Assembly: GCA_035389045.1 (NCBI GenBank)
Contig: DAOORA010000045.1
Span: 1 to 35,825 of the forward strand
Source: Bacteroidales bacterium
GTDB lineage: Bacteria > Bacteroidota > Bacteroidia > Bacteroidales > CAIWKO01
DNA: 35,825 bases
Direction: 5' to 3'
Positions within the stretch are counted from its first letter, which is position 1; every line of letters starts with the position of its first letter. The notes below the pieces were generated by a model. The model was not told the DNA's origin and made no database searches. It was given only the letters and a program-made list of their open reading frames with translations. The position numbers and the translations under genes are program-made. Shown here piece after piece: positions 18,199 to 27,939 of the stretch.

Positions 18199-20151
18199 TC
18201 ATTTAATACCGTTGTATTTTTCGATCAGGTAACCTATCCTGAGCAGTTCTGCAACGCTCCAAGCCTGCGAAGGTGCGCCCCCCGGCAAATAGGGCGGATC
18301 GCCGTCGTATAACTCTGAGATCGAGCCGATGCCATGTTCCATCATCACAGGTTCAAAACTTTCATAAAGCTGCTTGACATGAGGAAGTCCGTGTTTGGGA
18401 TGAATTTTCAGGTAGGCTTCGGCATAATGTCCCAGCAGCCATGGCCAGGCCACCCCCTGATGATACGCCGAGTCACGTTCAGTCACATTACCCTTGTAGG
18501 AGCCTTTATATTCGGGCGACTTGGGTGAAAGGGTACGTAAGCCACGCCGGGTCAGTAATTCCCGTTCTGTTATTTGGAGAATGAGTTCACGTATCTGCTC
18601 ACTGACAGGGCTGTAAGGCAGCGATGCAGCAAAAATCTGGTTAGGACGTACCGACCAGTCTTTATAGTTACCATGCACAAAATCACAGAGATATCCCATG
18701 TCTTTACTCCAGAATGTTTCTTTGAATGCAGCAGGAATAGTATCGGAAATATCCTTCCAGTCATCAACAAAATCCTTATCATTGGCCAGTTGGGCTACTT
18801 CAAGGGAAAACATAACAGCATTATACCACAGGGCATTGATTTCAACATCCAGGCCGATGCGCGGAGTCACCGGATTACCGTCAACAATGGCATCCATCCA
18901 GGTCAGAGCTTTTCCCTGCAAACCGGCATAAACCAGCCCGTTATCCTGCATTTTTATATTAAACTCACAACCATTACGATATCCGTAAAGGATGAGTTTC
19001 ATCTTGCTTCCGTATTCACTCCAGATCTTTTTCTGAGTCTTTGTATAGATTGCATATTGCTGCAACGCCCAGAAAAACCATAAGGGAGCGTCAACCGAAT
19101 TATAAGCAGAATCGTTACCGCTTCCGACATTAGGCAACAATGCACCATTGAGCTCAGAGAGCATATTATCGATGATTGCCTTGCATTTTCCCGGTTCATT
19201 AATGGCGAGTGTCAAACCCGGCAATGCGATAAAGGTATCGCGCCCCCAGCGGCCAAACCAAGGATAGCCGGCTATGATCTCCATCTTTTTATTACGGTTC
19301 ACAAAAAATTGCAATCCTGAATTGATAAGGCAATTTTTAAAATTATCGCGCGGAATTCTTTTTTTGATCTCCGAAGAATACATCTGTTTCAATTTTTCTG
19401 TTTCAGCTTCTTCTATCCCAACAGAAAAAATGACACTTTCTCCTTTTTCTATATGAATTTCAAAATAACCCGGCACATACAGGTCTTCCTTAAAATCATA
19501 ACCGCGTTCTTTTTCTTCCAGATACTCTATATCCTTGTTCCAGTGTGTGTTATGAATATATTTCGGTTTTTTTGAAAATTGCATATAAAGAGACGAATAG
19601 CCCGGATACATTTTAATTTTAATACCATTAGGTACTCTTTCATAGTTATCGTCAACAGATGTGTTTTCTTTGGTCAGGCCATGAACATTCCGGAAAGCCA
19701 GAAAGGGTTCAAATTTCAAGGTCGTTGGGGAATGGGCTTCTTCAAGGGTATATTTGATCAGAAACCTGTCTTTTTCCAGGCAGAACAGAAATTCCTTGGT
19801 AAGTGTAACACCTCCCACCCGGTATGTAAAACGGGGCATAGGTTCCATTTCAAGATTAGTGATATACTTATGCCCGCGAGGACTGTAAATGCCCCCCGGA
19901 TAACGATGTATGCCAAGATGGAATTCTACGTTCTGCTGCACAATTGTTTCGTCGAGTGTTGAAAGCAACACATGATTACCACCGTCTATATCTGGCTGAG
20001 GCACAATGAATAAACCATGGTATTTGCGTGTATTGCAACCAATGATGGTCGAAGTGGCAAATGCACCTGCACGGTTAGAACGTATAAATTCTCTTTTTAA
20101 TGCAAAGCACAGATTAACAAGCTGTTCCTTATCGAATTTTATGTAACTCAT
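18199..20151 (-). CDS. Glycogen debranching enzyme (amylo-alpha-1,6-glucosidase)
   Basis: NTRKYHGL, AGYPWFGRWGRDTFI, LTWMDA, RPNQ, YHQG, QAWSVAE; start MSYIKF at 20151. Confidence 0.93.
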   Translation of the reverse strand: MSYIKFDKEQLVNLCFALKREFIRSNRAGAFATSTIIGCNTRKYHGLFIVPQPDIDGGNHVLLSTLDETIVQQNVEFHLGIHRYPGGIYSPRGHKYITNLEMEPMPRFTYRVGGVTLTKEFLFCLEKDRFLIKYTLEEAHSPTTLKFEPFLAFRNVHGLTKENTSVDDNYERVPNGIKIKMYPGYSSLYMQFSKKPKYIHNTHWNKDIEYLEEKERGYDFKEDLYVPGYFEIHIEKGESVIFSVGIEEAETEKLKQMYSSEIKKRIPRDNFKNCLINSGLQFFVNRNKKMEIIAGYPWFGRWGRDTFIALPGLTLAINEPGKCKAIIDNMLSELNGALLPNVGSGNDSAYNSVDAPLWFFWALQQYAIYTKTQKKIWSEYGSKMKLILYGYRNGCEFNIKMQDNGLVYAGLQGKALTWMDAIVDGNPVTPRIGLDVEINALWYNAVMFSLEVAQLANDKDFVDDWKDISDTIPAAFKETFWSKDMGYLCDFVHGNYKDWSVRPNQIFAASLPYSPVSEQIRELILQITERELLTRRGLRTLSPKSPEYKGSYKGNVTERDSAYHQGVAWPWLLGHYAEAYLKIHPKHGLPHVKQLYESFEPVMMEHGIGSISELYDGDPPYLPGGAPSQAWSVAELLRIGYLIEKYNGIK

Positions 20152-20190
20152 TGTAATAATGGAAAATAAACAATAATTCAAAAAATTGTG

Positions 20191-20198
20191 CAAAGTTA
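20191..20198 (-). promoter_or_regulatory. -7 promoter element (TAACTTTG) of the glycogen operon
   Basis: TAnnTTTG 40 bp upstream of ATG 20151. Confidence 0.65.
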
Positions 20199-20326
20199 CT
20201 TATTTTTAATAAATTACAAGTAATTTTTTTTCTTTTAACATTTCGGTGAAATAAAACATCTGTTGCAGCAGACAAGAAATGAAGATGTTTCATCATTAAT
20301 TACTGCAAAATCAGGTAATAATATTT

Positions 20327-20334
20327 TACTTTTG
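20327..20334 (+). promoter_or_regulatory. -7 promoter element (TACTTTTG) of the lipoprotein gene
   Basis: TAnnTTTG about 43 bp upstream of ATG 20377. Confidence 0.6.
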
Positions 20335-20376
20335 CAAAACATTAATTTAATAAGAACGTTTAGTGTAAAAAAAAAG

Positions 20377-21846
20377 ATGAAAAGAATCATCCGGTTAGCA
20401 TTGTTCATAACATTTATTGGGTTTATATTATTTTTCTCCTGCAAAAAAGACACGCAGATCAATGACGACCCATCTGTAAAACTTATATTATCAACAGAAT
20501 CCATTGTTTTCGACACGGTATTTTCTACGGTTGGTTCCACCACAAAAATGTTCTATGTAAAAAATCCGACGAGTGACAACCTCGTCATATCTTCCATACA
20601 CCTGGCCGAAGGCACGGCTTCGCAATACACGCTTAATGTAGACGGCGTACCTGCCCAAACCATCAGTGATGTGGAACTGGCGCCCAACGACAGCATCTTT
20701 ATTTTTGTCAAAGTCACGGTTGATCCTCAGAACAGCAATTCTCCAATGGTAGTGAGGGATTCCGTTATTTTCGAGTTGAACGGAAATGTGCAGGATGTGG
20801 ACCTTACCGCATGGGGGCAGGATGCACATTATATTGTTGCTGACCATATGCTTGGGAATTATCTTCGTTACAAAATTGTTGCCGGTGAAAATGAAAACAT
20901 CACCTGGGCCAACGATAAGCCCTATCTGGTGTACGGTTATGCCGTGGTGGATTCCACAGGGAAGCTCAATATTGACGCTGGTTGCAGAATACATTTTTAT
21001 CATAATTCCGGACTTTGGGTATATAAAGGCGGTTCTCTCAAAGTAAACGGCGCTATGGCAGAACCGGTTACGTTCCAGGGCAGCCGGCTTGATGCTGAAT
21101 ACAAAGACATGCCCGGCCAGTGGGACAGAATATGGATCAATGAAGGGGCCGTAGATAATATAATTGATTACGCCATTATCAAAAACGGATTTATTGGCAT
21201 ACAGGCCGAAACCATGGCCGCTTCGATGGGAAACCGTCTGATTATCAGAAATTCTGTCATCCAAAACATGACGGGTATAGGCCTGTTGTCCCGTTTTTAT
21301 AAAATCATCAGCGGAAACTGTGTCTTCGGCAACTGCGGGGGTTATTCGGTATGCCTTACCACAGGAGGCAGCTATGATTTCAGGCATTGCACCCTGGGAA
21401 ATTATTACAATTACTCATCACGGCAAACTCCCTTATTGCTGATAACCAATTATTTTGAAGACCTCTCCAGTGGGATTACCTATACCGGCGATCTGGACTC
21501 GGCTTATTTCGGTAACTGTATCATTTACGGAAACAATACCGAAGAACTGATACTGGACAGTGTTACCGATGCTGTCTTTCACTATAAATTTGAGAACTGC
21601 GTGTTAAAATCCACCAATTACCAGGCAAACAGTAGTATCGTTAACAGCTTTTTCAACCAGGACGTGATGTTTAATAACTATGCCATGAATGATTTCAGCC
21701 TGAAACCGGGATCTTCAGCCATTGATGCCGGAAACATCAACATTATATATTCCTCTTTTGTTGTAAACCTGTATGAGGATATCAGAGGGAACAACCGCAC
21801 GCTGAACCCCCCGCCCGACCTGGGGGCTTATGATTATAAACCCTGA
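20377..21846 (+). CDS. Lipoprotein with an Ig-like N-domain and a right-handed beta-helix / choice-of-anchor-Q-like C-terminus
   Basis: MKRIIR-hydrophobic-FFSC lipobox; FDTVFS; DFSLKPGSSAIDAG...DIRG..R...PDLGAY tail. Confidence 0.8.
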   Translation: MKRIIRLALFITFIGFILFFSCKKDTQINDDPSVKLILSTESIVFDTVFSTVGSTTKMFYVKNPTSDNLVISSIHLAEGTASQYTLNVDGVPAQTISDVELAPNDSIFIFVKVTVDPQNSNSPMVVRDSVIFELNGNVQDVDLTAWGQDAHYIVADHMLGNYLRYKIVAGENENITWANDKPYLVYGYAVVDSTGKLNIDAGCRIHFYHNSGLWVYKGGSLKVNGAMAEPVTFQGSRLDAEYKDMPGQWDRIWINEGAVDNIIDYAIIKNGFIGIQAETMAASMGNRLIIRNSVIQNMTGIGLLSRFYKIISGNCVFGNCGGYSVCLTTGGSYDFRHCTLGNYYNYSSRQTPLLLITNYFEDLSSGITYTGDLDSAYFGNCIIYGNNTEELILDSVTDAVFHYKFENCVLKSTNYQANSSIVNSFFNQDVMFNNYAMNDFSLKPGSSAIDAGNINIIYSSFVVNLYEDIRGNNRTLNPPPDLGAYDYKP

Positions 21847-23317
21847 TCCTGTATCTTGTCCCAACATGATTCGCCCCAAAAAGCATTTGAATACTTTAAA
21901 ATCATTTGACAAACTTTTTGATGAAACCTATATAAAAATCATCTTTAGAAGCCTGTATTTTATAATAACAGTTTTAATACTATCTTCTATTGCTTTTTAC
22001 AACAAATTTCCTTTAGTTTATTCCGATTCGGGAACGTATTTGGATACTTCAATAAGTTTATACCCTCCGATTGACAGGGTGTTTGGATACAGTTTGTTTA
22101 TCAGGATCGTAACATGGCAGGCAACAACCTGGACTATTATTTTGTTTCAAAACCTTATTATCAGTTATATTATATTCATTTTCTTAAAATTATTCATTAA
22201 GAACCGGCAACTATATCTGATCCATTTTATATCAATAAATGTTCTTCTTTTATGTTCATCGCTATGCTGGATTTCATGCCAGATCATGCCTGATATATTT
22301 ATTCCGGCCATTGTCCTGGTATTAATGGTTTTTCTTCTACAGGAAAAATTAAACCGGAAGAATTATTTTATTTATTCACTGCTGATTGTTCTGTTTCTTA
22401 TCTCTCATTTGGCCAATATTCTTTTATTTTTCCCGGTATTGATGAGTATCGGAATTATTTTTTTAATCAAAAGACCTCATCATGATATTTTAATAATCAT
22501 TAAGAGACGGTTTTATGTTTTACTCATCACTGGAATAATTTCTGTTCTTTTCATCATGATTTACAATTTTGCATATACCAAAAGCTTCAAATTATCAACT
22601 TCATCCAACGTATTTTTAACAGCAAAATTTAACGACACAGGATTATTGAAACAGTTTCTCGACGATAATTGCATCAGCAATAATGAATATGTTTTATGTA
22701 AATACAAAGACAGTTTGCCTGAATCATCCAACGGGTTTTTATGGGGTAGCAGAAGTCCGCTGCATGGTTATAAAGAGCCGGATGAAATAGTTGAACACTG
22801 GTTATATGCTGATTCCGCCTATGCTCCTATTGTAAAAGGGATACTTCTGACGCCAGCATATTATCCAAAACTTGTGAATGATGCAGTGAAATACACCTGG
22901 TATCAACTGATTTCTTTTAAAACCACAGCCGGAGAAGTTGCCTTAGGCAAAAATTCCGCGCCATATTATCCTTACAGGGATCATTACAAAAATGAATTGA
23001 AACCTTTCCTACACAGTCTTCAAAATACCGGAGAACTACGTTCAGGTACTTTTCAAAAAATTTCCCATATTACGGTTTTTCTGTCGCTTATAATAATATT
23101 AACAGGGTTGTTTTTTGTAAAGCAAAATTTCACCATAAAAAGTTCAACCATAATAATTGCGCTAAGCATACTTCTGAATGCCTTCATTTCAGCAAATTTT
23201 TCGGTAGTAGAAGACAGGTATCAATCAAGAATTATCTGGCTGATACCCTTATTGGCAATAGTTTATTCAGTGCTGATCATAAAAAACATACGGGAAACAG
23301 AAAAAAAAATGAAATAA
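21830..23317 (+). CDS. Polytopic membrane protein (possibly a GT-C-type glycosyltransferase)
   Basis: About 10 or more hydrophobic segments; YSDSGTY after TM1; large periplasmic loop; start uncertain (21830 or 21866). Confidence 0.65.
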   Translation: MIINPDPVSCPNMIRPKKHLNTLKSFDKLFDETYIKIIFRSLYFIITVLILSSIAFYNKFPLVYSDSGTYLDTSISLYPPIDRVFGYSLFIRIVTWQATTWTIILFQNLIISYIIFIFLKLFIKNRQLYLIHFISINVLLLCSSLCWISCQIMPDIFIPAIVLVLMVFLLQEKLNRKNYFIYSLLIVLFLISHLANILLFFPVLMSIGIIFLIKRPHHDILIIIKRRFYVLLITGIISVLFIMIYNFAYTKSFKLSTSSNVFLTAKFNDTGLLKQFLDDNCISNNEYVLCKYKDSLPESSNGFLWGSRSPLHGYKEPDEIVEHWLYADSAYAPIVKGILLTPAYYPKLVNDAVKYTWYQLISFKTTAGEVALGKNSAPYYPYRDHYKNELKPFLHSLQNTGELRSGTFQKISHITVFLSLIIILTGLFFVKQNFTIKSSTIIIALSILLNAFISANFSVVEDRYQSRIIWLIPLLAIVYSVLIIKNIRETEKKMK

Positions 23318-23319
23318 AA

Positions 23320-24189
23320 TTATTTCAGCACTTCCATCATTTTCGTTCCGATATCTGCAGGGGAATCCACCACAAAGACTCCGGCAGTCCTCAGAGCAGC
23401 TTTTTTAGCTTCGGCAGTATCGTCCTTCCCGCCGATGATAGCACCGGCATGTCCCATGGTGCGTCCTTTAGGTGCGGTAGCGCCGGCAATAAAACTAACC
23501 ACGGGCTTAGTGCCGTGTTCCTTTATCCATGCAGCGGCTTCTGCTTCCATGCTTCCTCCGATTTCGCCAATCATCACTATCCCTTTGGTGCCCTCGTCAC
23601 TCATAAAAAGCTTTATAGCATCCAATGTAGTTGTTCCGATAATAGGATCGCCGCCAATGCCTATGCCTGTCGACTGCCCCAGCCCGCATTTAGTGATCTG
23701 GTCAACGGCTTCGTAGGTGAGTGTTCCCGAGCGGGAAACGATGCCAACCACTCCGGGCGTATGTATAAAACCGGGCATAATGCCTATCTTGGTTTCGCCG
23801 GGAGTGATGATACCCGGACAATTAGGCCCTATCAGGCGACAGTCTTTATCTGAAAGATAATGTTTTACCTTTACCATATCCTGAACAGGTATTCCCTCGG
23901 TAATACATACGATCACCTTTATTCCTGCATCGGCGGCTTCCATCACCGCATCGGCAGCAAAAACCGGAGGCACAAATATGATAGAAACATTGGCTCCCGC
24001 CTTTACCACCGATTCTGATACGGTATTGAACACCGGTAAGCCCAGGTGCAGCTGCCCTCCTTTGCCAGGCGTTACCCCGCCAACCACATTGGTACCGTAC
24101 TCAATCATCTGCGTCGCATGATAGGTTCCTTCGCTGCCTGTAAAGCCCTGAACCACAACTTTTGAAAATTTATTTACTAAAATGCTCAT
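23320..24189 (-). CDS. sucD: Succinyl-CoA ligase alpha subunit
   Basis: [40 protein letters not shown] (phospho-His). Confidence 0.98.
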   Translation of the reverse strand: MSILVNKFSKVVVQGFTGSEGTYHATQMIEYGTNVVGGVTPGKGGQLHLGLPVFNTVSESVVKAGANVSIIFVPPVFAADAVMEAADAGIKVIVCITEGIPVQDMVKVKHYLSDKDCRLIGPNCPGIITPGETKIGIMPGFIHTPGVVGIVSRSGTLTYEAVDQITKCGLGQSTGIGIGGDPIIGTTTLDAIKLFMSDEGTKGIVMIGEIGGSMEAEAAAWIKEHGTKPVVSFIAGATAPKGRTMGHAGAIIGGKDDTAEAKKAALRTAGVFVVDSPADIGTKMMEVLK

Positions 24190-24627
24190 AGTCTTTCATT
24201 GTTTGATGTTCAAAAATAATTATTAATCATTAATGTAAGCCGGAAACATAAAATATTTTCTCATCACCATCTATTATTTTACCAACTCATAAAGCACGAA
24301 AATCTAAAAAATATCAGGTTTTCTCATTTTTAAAACAATATTTCTTTATGAATAGGCGATTTACGATTTTGCGATCAAATCATTTTATGACGTACTGAAA
24401 CTAATTATACCGCATAAGTTTTGTGGATGATTTCACTTGCTTGTATTTCTGTCCTGACGGATATTTTTCAAAAGGCATAACCCTGTCTGCATATCAGCAG
24501 ACAGGAAGGCAAAGAATCATATCATTACAGTGCATCTATGTTTCGTACTGAAACGGCGGGTTAGGGTAAATGCATGGACTATCTGGAATTATTATCTGGC
24601 ATTAATTTTTTTGATGCCGGATTTGAC

Positions 24628-24939
24628 CGGTGCAGAGCACCGTATCCTTTGTAAAAAACTATATACGTTTGAAAAATAAGGTACAGCGTACCGTAATATC
24701 AAACACCTGATTATAACCGATACATCCATGCTTTGATGCATACCAATTGTTTTCACGCCCCCAAGGAGGTATTTATGCCTGTTATTGTTATGCATCTTGG
24801 GCATAAAATGTTTACCAATGGAACCATATCCGACTATATAAATTAATTATGTATGTGGCAGATATAATATTTCGGTGCTCTGCACCTAACTTTTTTTGTG
24901 GGGTATTACTGCTTACAAATATTTCGGGGCACTGCCCCT
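24628..24939. repeat. Cluster of four REP-like palindromic units in two inverted pairs
   Basis: Units at 24628-24653 and 24679-24699 (forward) and 24867-24887 and 24914-24939 (reverse); consensus AGGTGCAGnGCACCGAAATATTTGTA. Confidence 0.75.
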
Positions 24940-25117
24940 GTTAACGTAAATTTCCTCTGTATTGTTAGAATGAATACGATGTTTCTTTCCTTACTCAAAG
25001 TAACAATCTTTTCTTTTATCACGTCAAAAAAAAGAAATTACCGAATTTGCCTGAGATTTGCTAATTACAGATTTTTTTGAGTATCTTTACTTTGAAAATC
25101 CATTTAAAAAGAATTAT

Positions 25118-26131
25118 ATGAAAAAATCAATCTTTGCCATGGTAGCCTTGGTCTCCCTGATAGTTTTTCAATCTTCAGGCCAAAAAGTAAGTACCGAATT
25201 CAGGCTGACACTGCGCGACGGAAGTGTCATGACCGGGACATCCTCTTTGAGCAACATAAATCTTGTTACTGCCTGGGGCGCGCTCAATATTCCGTTAAAG
25301 AATGTGAGCCAGGTATTTTTTGGCGTACTGCCTGATAACAGTCAAAAAGAAAAGATAAAAGCACTGGTCGTTGACATGAACAATTCTACAGAAGATATCC
25401 GGAAAAAAGCATATGAATCGCTGGTCTCGATGAGTGTAAACTGTGTTCCCGTGCTGGAAGACATCATAAATTCCGAAAGCTACATTCCTGCAACAAGTGA
25501 AGATTACACAGCCGAGATGGCGCTTAACGAAATGAAAGCGACTTATAACTATGATGAAGCTTCGGTGGGCGATGATATTGTTGTTACTGACAATTCATAC
25601 CGTATTGGCGGTACCTATAGTATAAAGAGCATTTCACTGAAAACTGAATATGGCAGTCTGGAAATACCCAGGGAGAAAATCACCAGCATAGATGTATTTT
25701 ATAAAGGTGGCGATGCCACTGAATCATCATTTACGCTGTTTGCCAACAAGCACATCAGTGGAAATACCAGCGGAGGATGGCTCAAAACCAATATCTATGT
25801 TAAAGGCGGACAAAAGATCAGCATTACCGCAAGCGGGGAAATAACCCTTGCCAGTTTATCGGGATATAAATACAAGCCCGACGGCAAATCTTCGGGATCA
25901 GGTGGAGAAAACTATGATTATGATAGTGACTATTCCGTAACTTCGGTTACCACCTATCCCACTTATGGCAACGTTGTATTCAAGGTAGGTGAAAGCGGGA
26001 CAGTAATGAAAGCCGGAGCATCATACAAAGGCACGGTGACGGGAACCGGATATCTGTTTCTTTCCATTTACGAAACGGTATATAATGCTTCCAATACAGG
26101 GACTTACCAGGTCAGAGTAAAATTGTATTAA
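25118..26131 (+). CDS. Secreted hypothetical protein, possible C-terminal LecA/PA-IL-like beta-sandwich
   Basis: Signal peptide MKKSIFAMVALVSLIVFQSSG; WLKTNIYVKGGQKISITASG motif. Confidence 0.7.
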   Translation: MKKSIFAMVALVSLIVFQSSGQKVSTEFRLTLRDGSVMTGTSSLSNINLVTAWGALNIPLKNVSQVFFGVLPDNSQKEKIKALVVDMNNSTEDIRKKAYESLVSMSVNCVPVLEDIINSESYIPATSEDYTAEMALNEMKATYNYDEASVGDDIVVTDNSYRIGGTYSIKSISLKTEYGSLEIPREKITSIDVFYKGGDATESSFTLFANKHISGNTSGGWLKTNIYVKGGQKISITASGEITLASLSGYKYKPDGKSSGSGGENYDYDSDYSVTSVTTYPTYGNVVFKVGESGTVMKAGASYKGTVTGTGYLFLSIYETVYNASNTGTYQVRVKLY

Positions 26132-26167
26132 AGATCTGTTCTGTTCAGTACAAGAATTTTTAAACGC

Positions 26168-26791
26168 TCACCCTCCTATAAACATCCGTATCTCTTCGAT
26201 AAAATATAGCGCCATACGGGGTTTGATCGCTATGGTGAAAAGAACGCCGAAAACAGCACCCCAGAAATGGGCATCGTGCCCTATATTGTCCCTGCCTCTT
26301 TTTCCCATATAGGCAGAATAGATCAGATAAAGGATTCCGAAAATAAATGCAGGTATGCCTATGGGAACAGGAAAGATCATGATTTTTCCTGTCGGGTAAA
26401 ACAAGATGCTTGCAAATACCACAGCGGAAACGGCGCCCGAAGCACCGACAGCATTGTAATACGGATCGTTTTTATGTTTGCCGAACGATGGCAGCACAGA
26501 AATAATTATGGCTCCAATATACAACAATATAAAATAATAATATCCTTTCAGGTCAAAAAGCTGACAATAACCGTCAATTACAGTGTTACCGAAAAGATAC
26601 AACACATACATGTTGACAAAAAGGTGTAACCATCCGGCATGCAGCAGTGCATAAGTAAAAAAACGATACCATTGTTTTGAGTGTAAGGCCAGATAAGGAT
26701 TGAACTTCAGCCTGTAAAACAGATCGGAATTGGTCATGGCAATTACTGAAATTATTGCAGTAATCGCTATTATCACAAGTATTATGGTCAT
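26168..26791 (-). CDS. Rhomboid family intramembrane serine protease
   Basis: WYRFFT, HAGWLHLFVNM, GASGA, AHFWGA. Confidence 0.95.
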   Translation of the reverse strand: MTIILVIIAITAIISVIAMTNSDLFYRLKFNPYLALHSKQWYRFFTYALLHAGWLHLFVNMYVLYLFGNTVIDGYCQLFDLKGYYYFILLYIGAIIISVLPSFGKHKNDPYYNAVGASGAVSAVVFASILFYPTGKIMIFPVPIGIPAFIFGILYLIYSAYMGKRGRDNIGHDAHFWGAVFGVLFTIAIKPRMALYFIEEIRMFIGG

Positions 26792-26873
26792 AGTATCAGA
26801 TAAATAACATTACAAAAAAACCTTTCAGAGGTTCTTACCGGTAAGTTCAAATTTATAAATATGTTTTCCAGCG

Positions 26874-27629
26874 TTATGCATCATCATGTTTTTTGAAAAT
26901 CTTATAATTCCCAAAATGCATTTTCTGAAGGCGATACATGATCGAGGTCTGAAGCACGCCCAACCCGTATTTGCTGCTTCTCCGGAAATTAATGGATGAA
27001 GCTTCCGGGAAATATTTGGTCGGGCAAGTCACCTCGGCAATCTCATAACCGGCATAAAATATCTGGGCAAGCATCTGGTTGTCGAAAACAAAATCATCGG
27101 AATTGGCATGAAAATTAATATCTTCTAAAACTTTTCGCGAAAATGCCCTGTAACCCGTATGATATTCCGACAGTTTCTGCCTCATCAATGTATTCTGAAA
27201 TAGTGTCAGGAAACGGTTGAAAACGTACTTATAATAAGGCATGCCTCCCCGCAAAGCTCCCCTGCCCAGTATCCGCGAGCCAAGGACTACCTGGTACAGA
27301 TCATTTCCTATAATATATACCATCGAAGGGATGAGCTTCGGGGTGTACTGATAATCGGGATGGAGCATCACTACAATGTCAGCACCGAGTTTAAGAGCCA
27401 GGTCGTAACAGCTTTTCTGATTGCCTCCGTAACCTTTGTTTTTCTCATGTTTGATGACATGCTTGATACCCAGCTCATGAGCTTTGTCAACTGTACGGTC
27501 CTTACTGGCATCATCCACCACTATAACGTCATCCACCAGATCAAAAGGAATCTCACGATAGGTGATCTCCAGCGTCTTTTCGGCATTATAGGCCGGCATT
27601 ACCACTATGACCTTTTTTCCCTGTATCAT
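26874..27629 (-). CDS. GT2 glycosyltransferase (DPM-synthase-like)
   Basis: VVMPAYN, VDDASKD, NKGYGG, HPDYQY, GSR, TGYRAF. Confidence 0.93.
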   Translation of the reverse strand: MIQGKKVIVVMPAYNAEKTLEITYREIPFDLVDDVIVVDDASKDRTVDKAHELGIKHVIKHEKNKGYGGNQKSCYDLALKLGADIVVMLHPDYQYTPKLIPSMVYIIGNDLYQVVLGSRILGRGALRGGMPYYKYVFNRFLTLFQNTLMRQKLSEYHTGYRAFSRKVLEDINFHANSDDFVFDNQMLAQIFYAGYEIAEVTCPTKYFPEASSINFRRSSKYGLGVLQTSIMYRLQKMHFGNYKIFKKHDDA

Positions 27630-27903
27630 GCTGACAAAAATAATATAATTAGTGTGAAAAATTGTAAGAAACTGTTTTGAATTGACGAATTATTTTTTAA
27701 TATCGTTCTTTGTGAAAGGAAAATCAATTCGTCAGCCCTTAATCCCAAAGGACAAATTAATTTTCTGCACCCGCCTGACCGGTGTAGTTGGGAAGGCGCA
27801 CTTCGAGACAGGGAAGATTTTGAAAATCAACACCATATAAAACACATAATCCGGATCAATACGTATCTTAATGAAAAGGTTTTTAAAGCAACTGATAAAT
27901 GAT

Positions 27904-27911
27904 TAACTTTG
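27904..27911 (+). promoter_or_regulatory. -7 promoter element (TAACTTTG) for mnmE
   Basis: TAnnTTTG about 29 bp upstream of ATG 27940. Confidence 0.65.
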
Positions 27912-27939
27912 TAAGTAAATTTTGAAACCTATTACAGCC

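Noticed and set aside
23320..24189. sucD without an adjacent sucC
   Set aside because: Split sucC and sucD loci are common in Bacteroidota.
24592..24804. 70-aa minus-strand ORF in the sucD upstream region
   Set aside because: No recognisable motif, and it runs through the REP-like units.
27683..27815. Possible ncRNA or riboswitch between GT2 and mnmE (TGACGAATT/AATTCGTCA inverted repeat and a GC-rich patch)
   Set aside because: No recognisable family consensus, and a 9-bp inverted repeat alone is weak evidence. An Rfam search would be needed.
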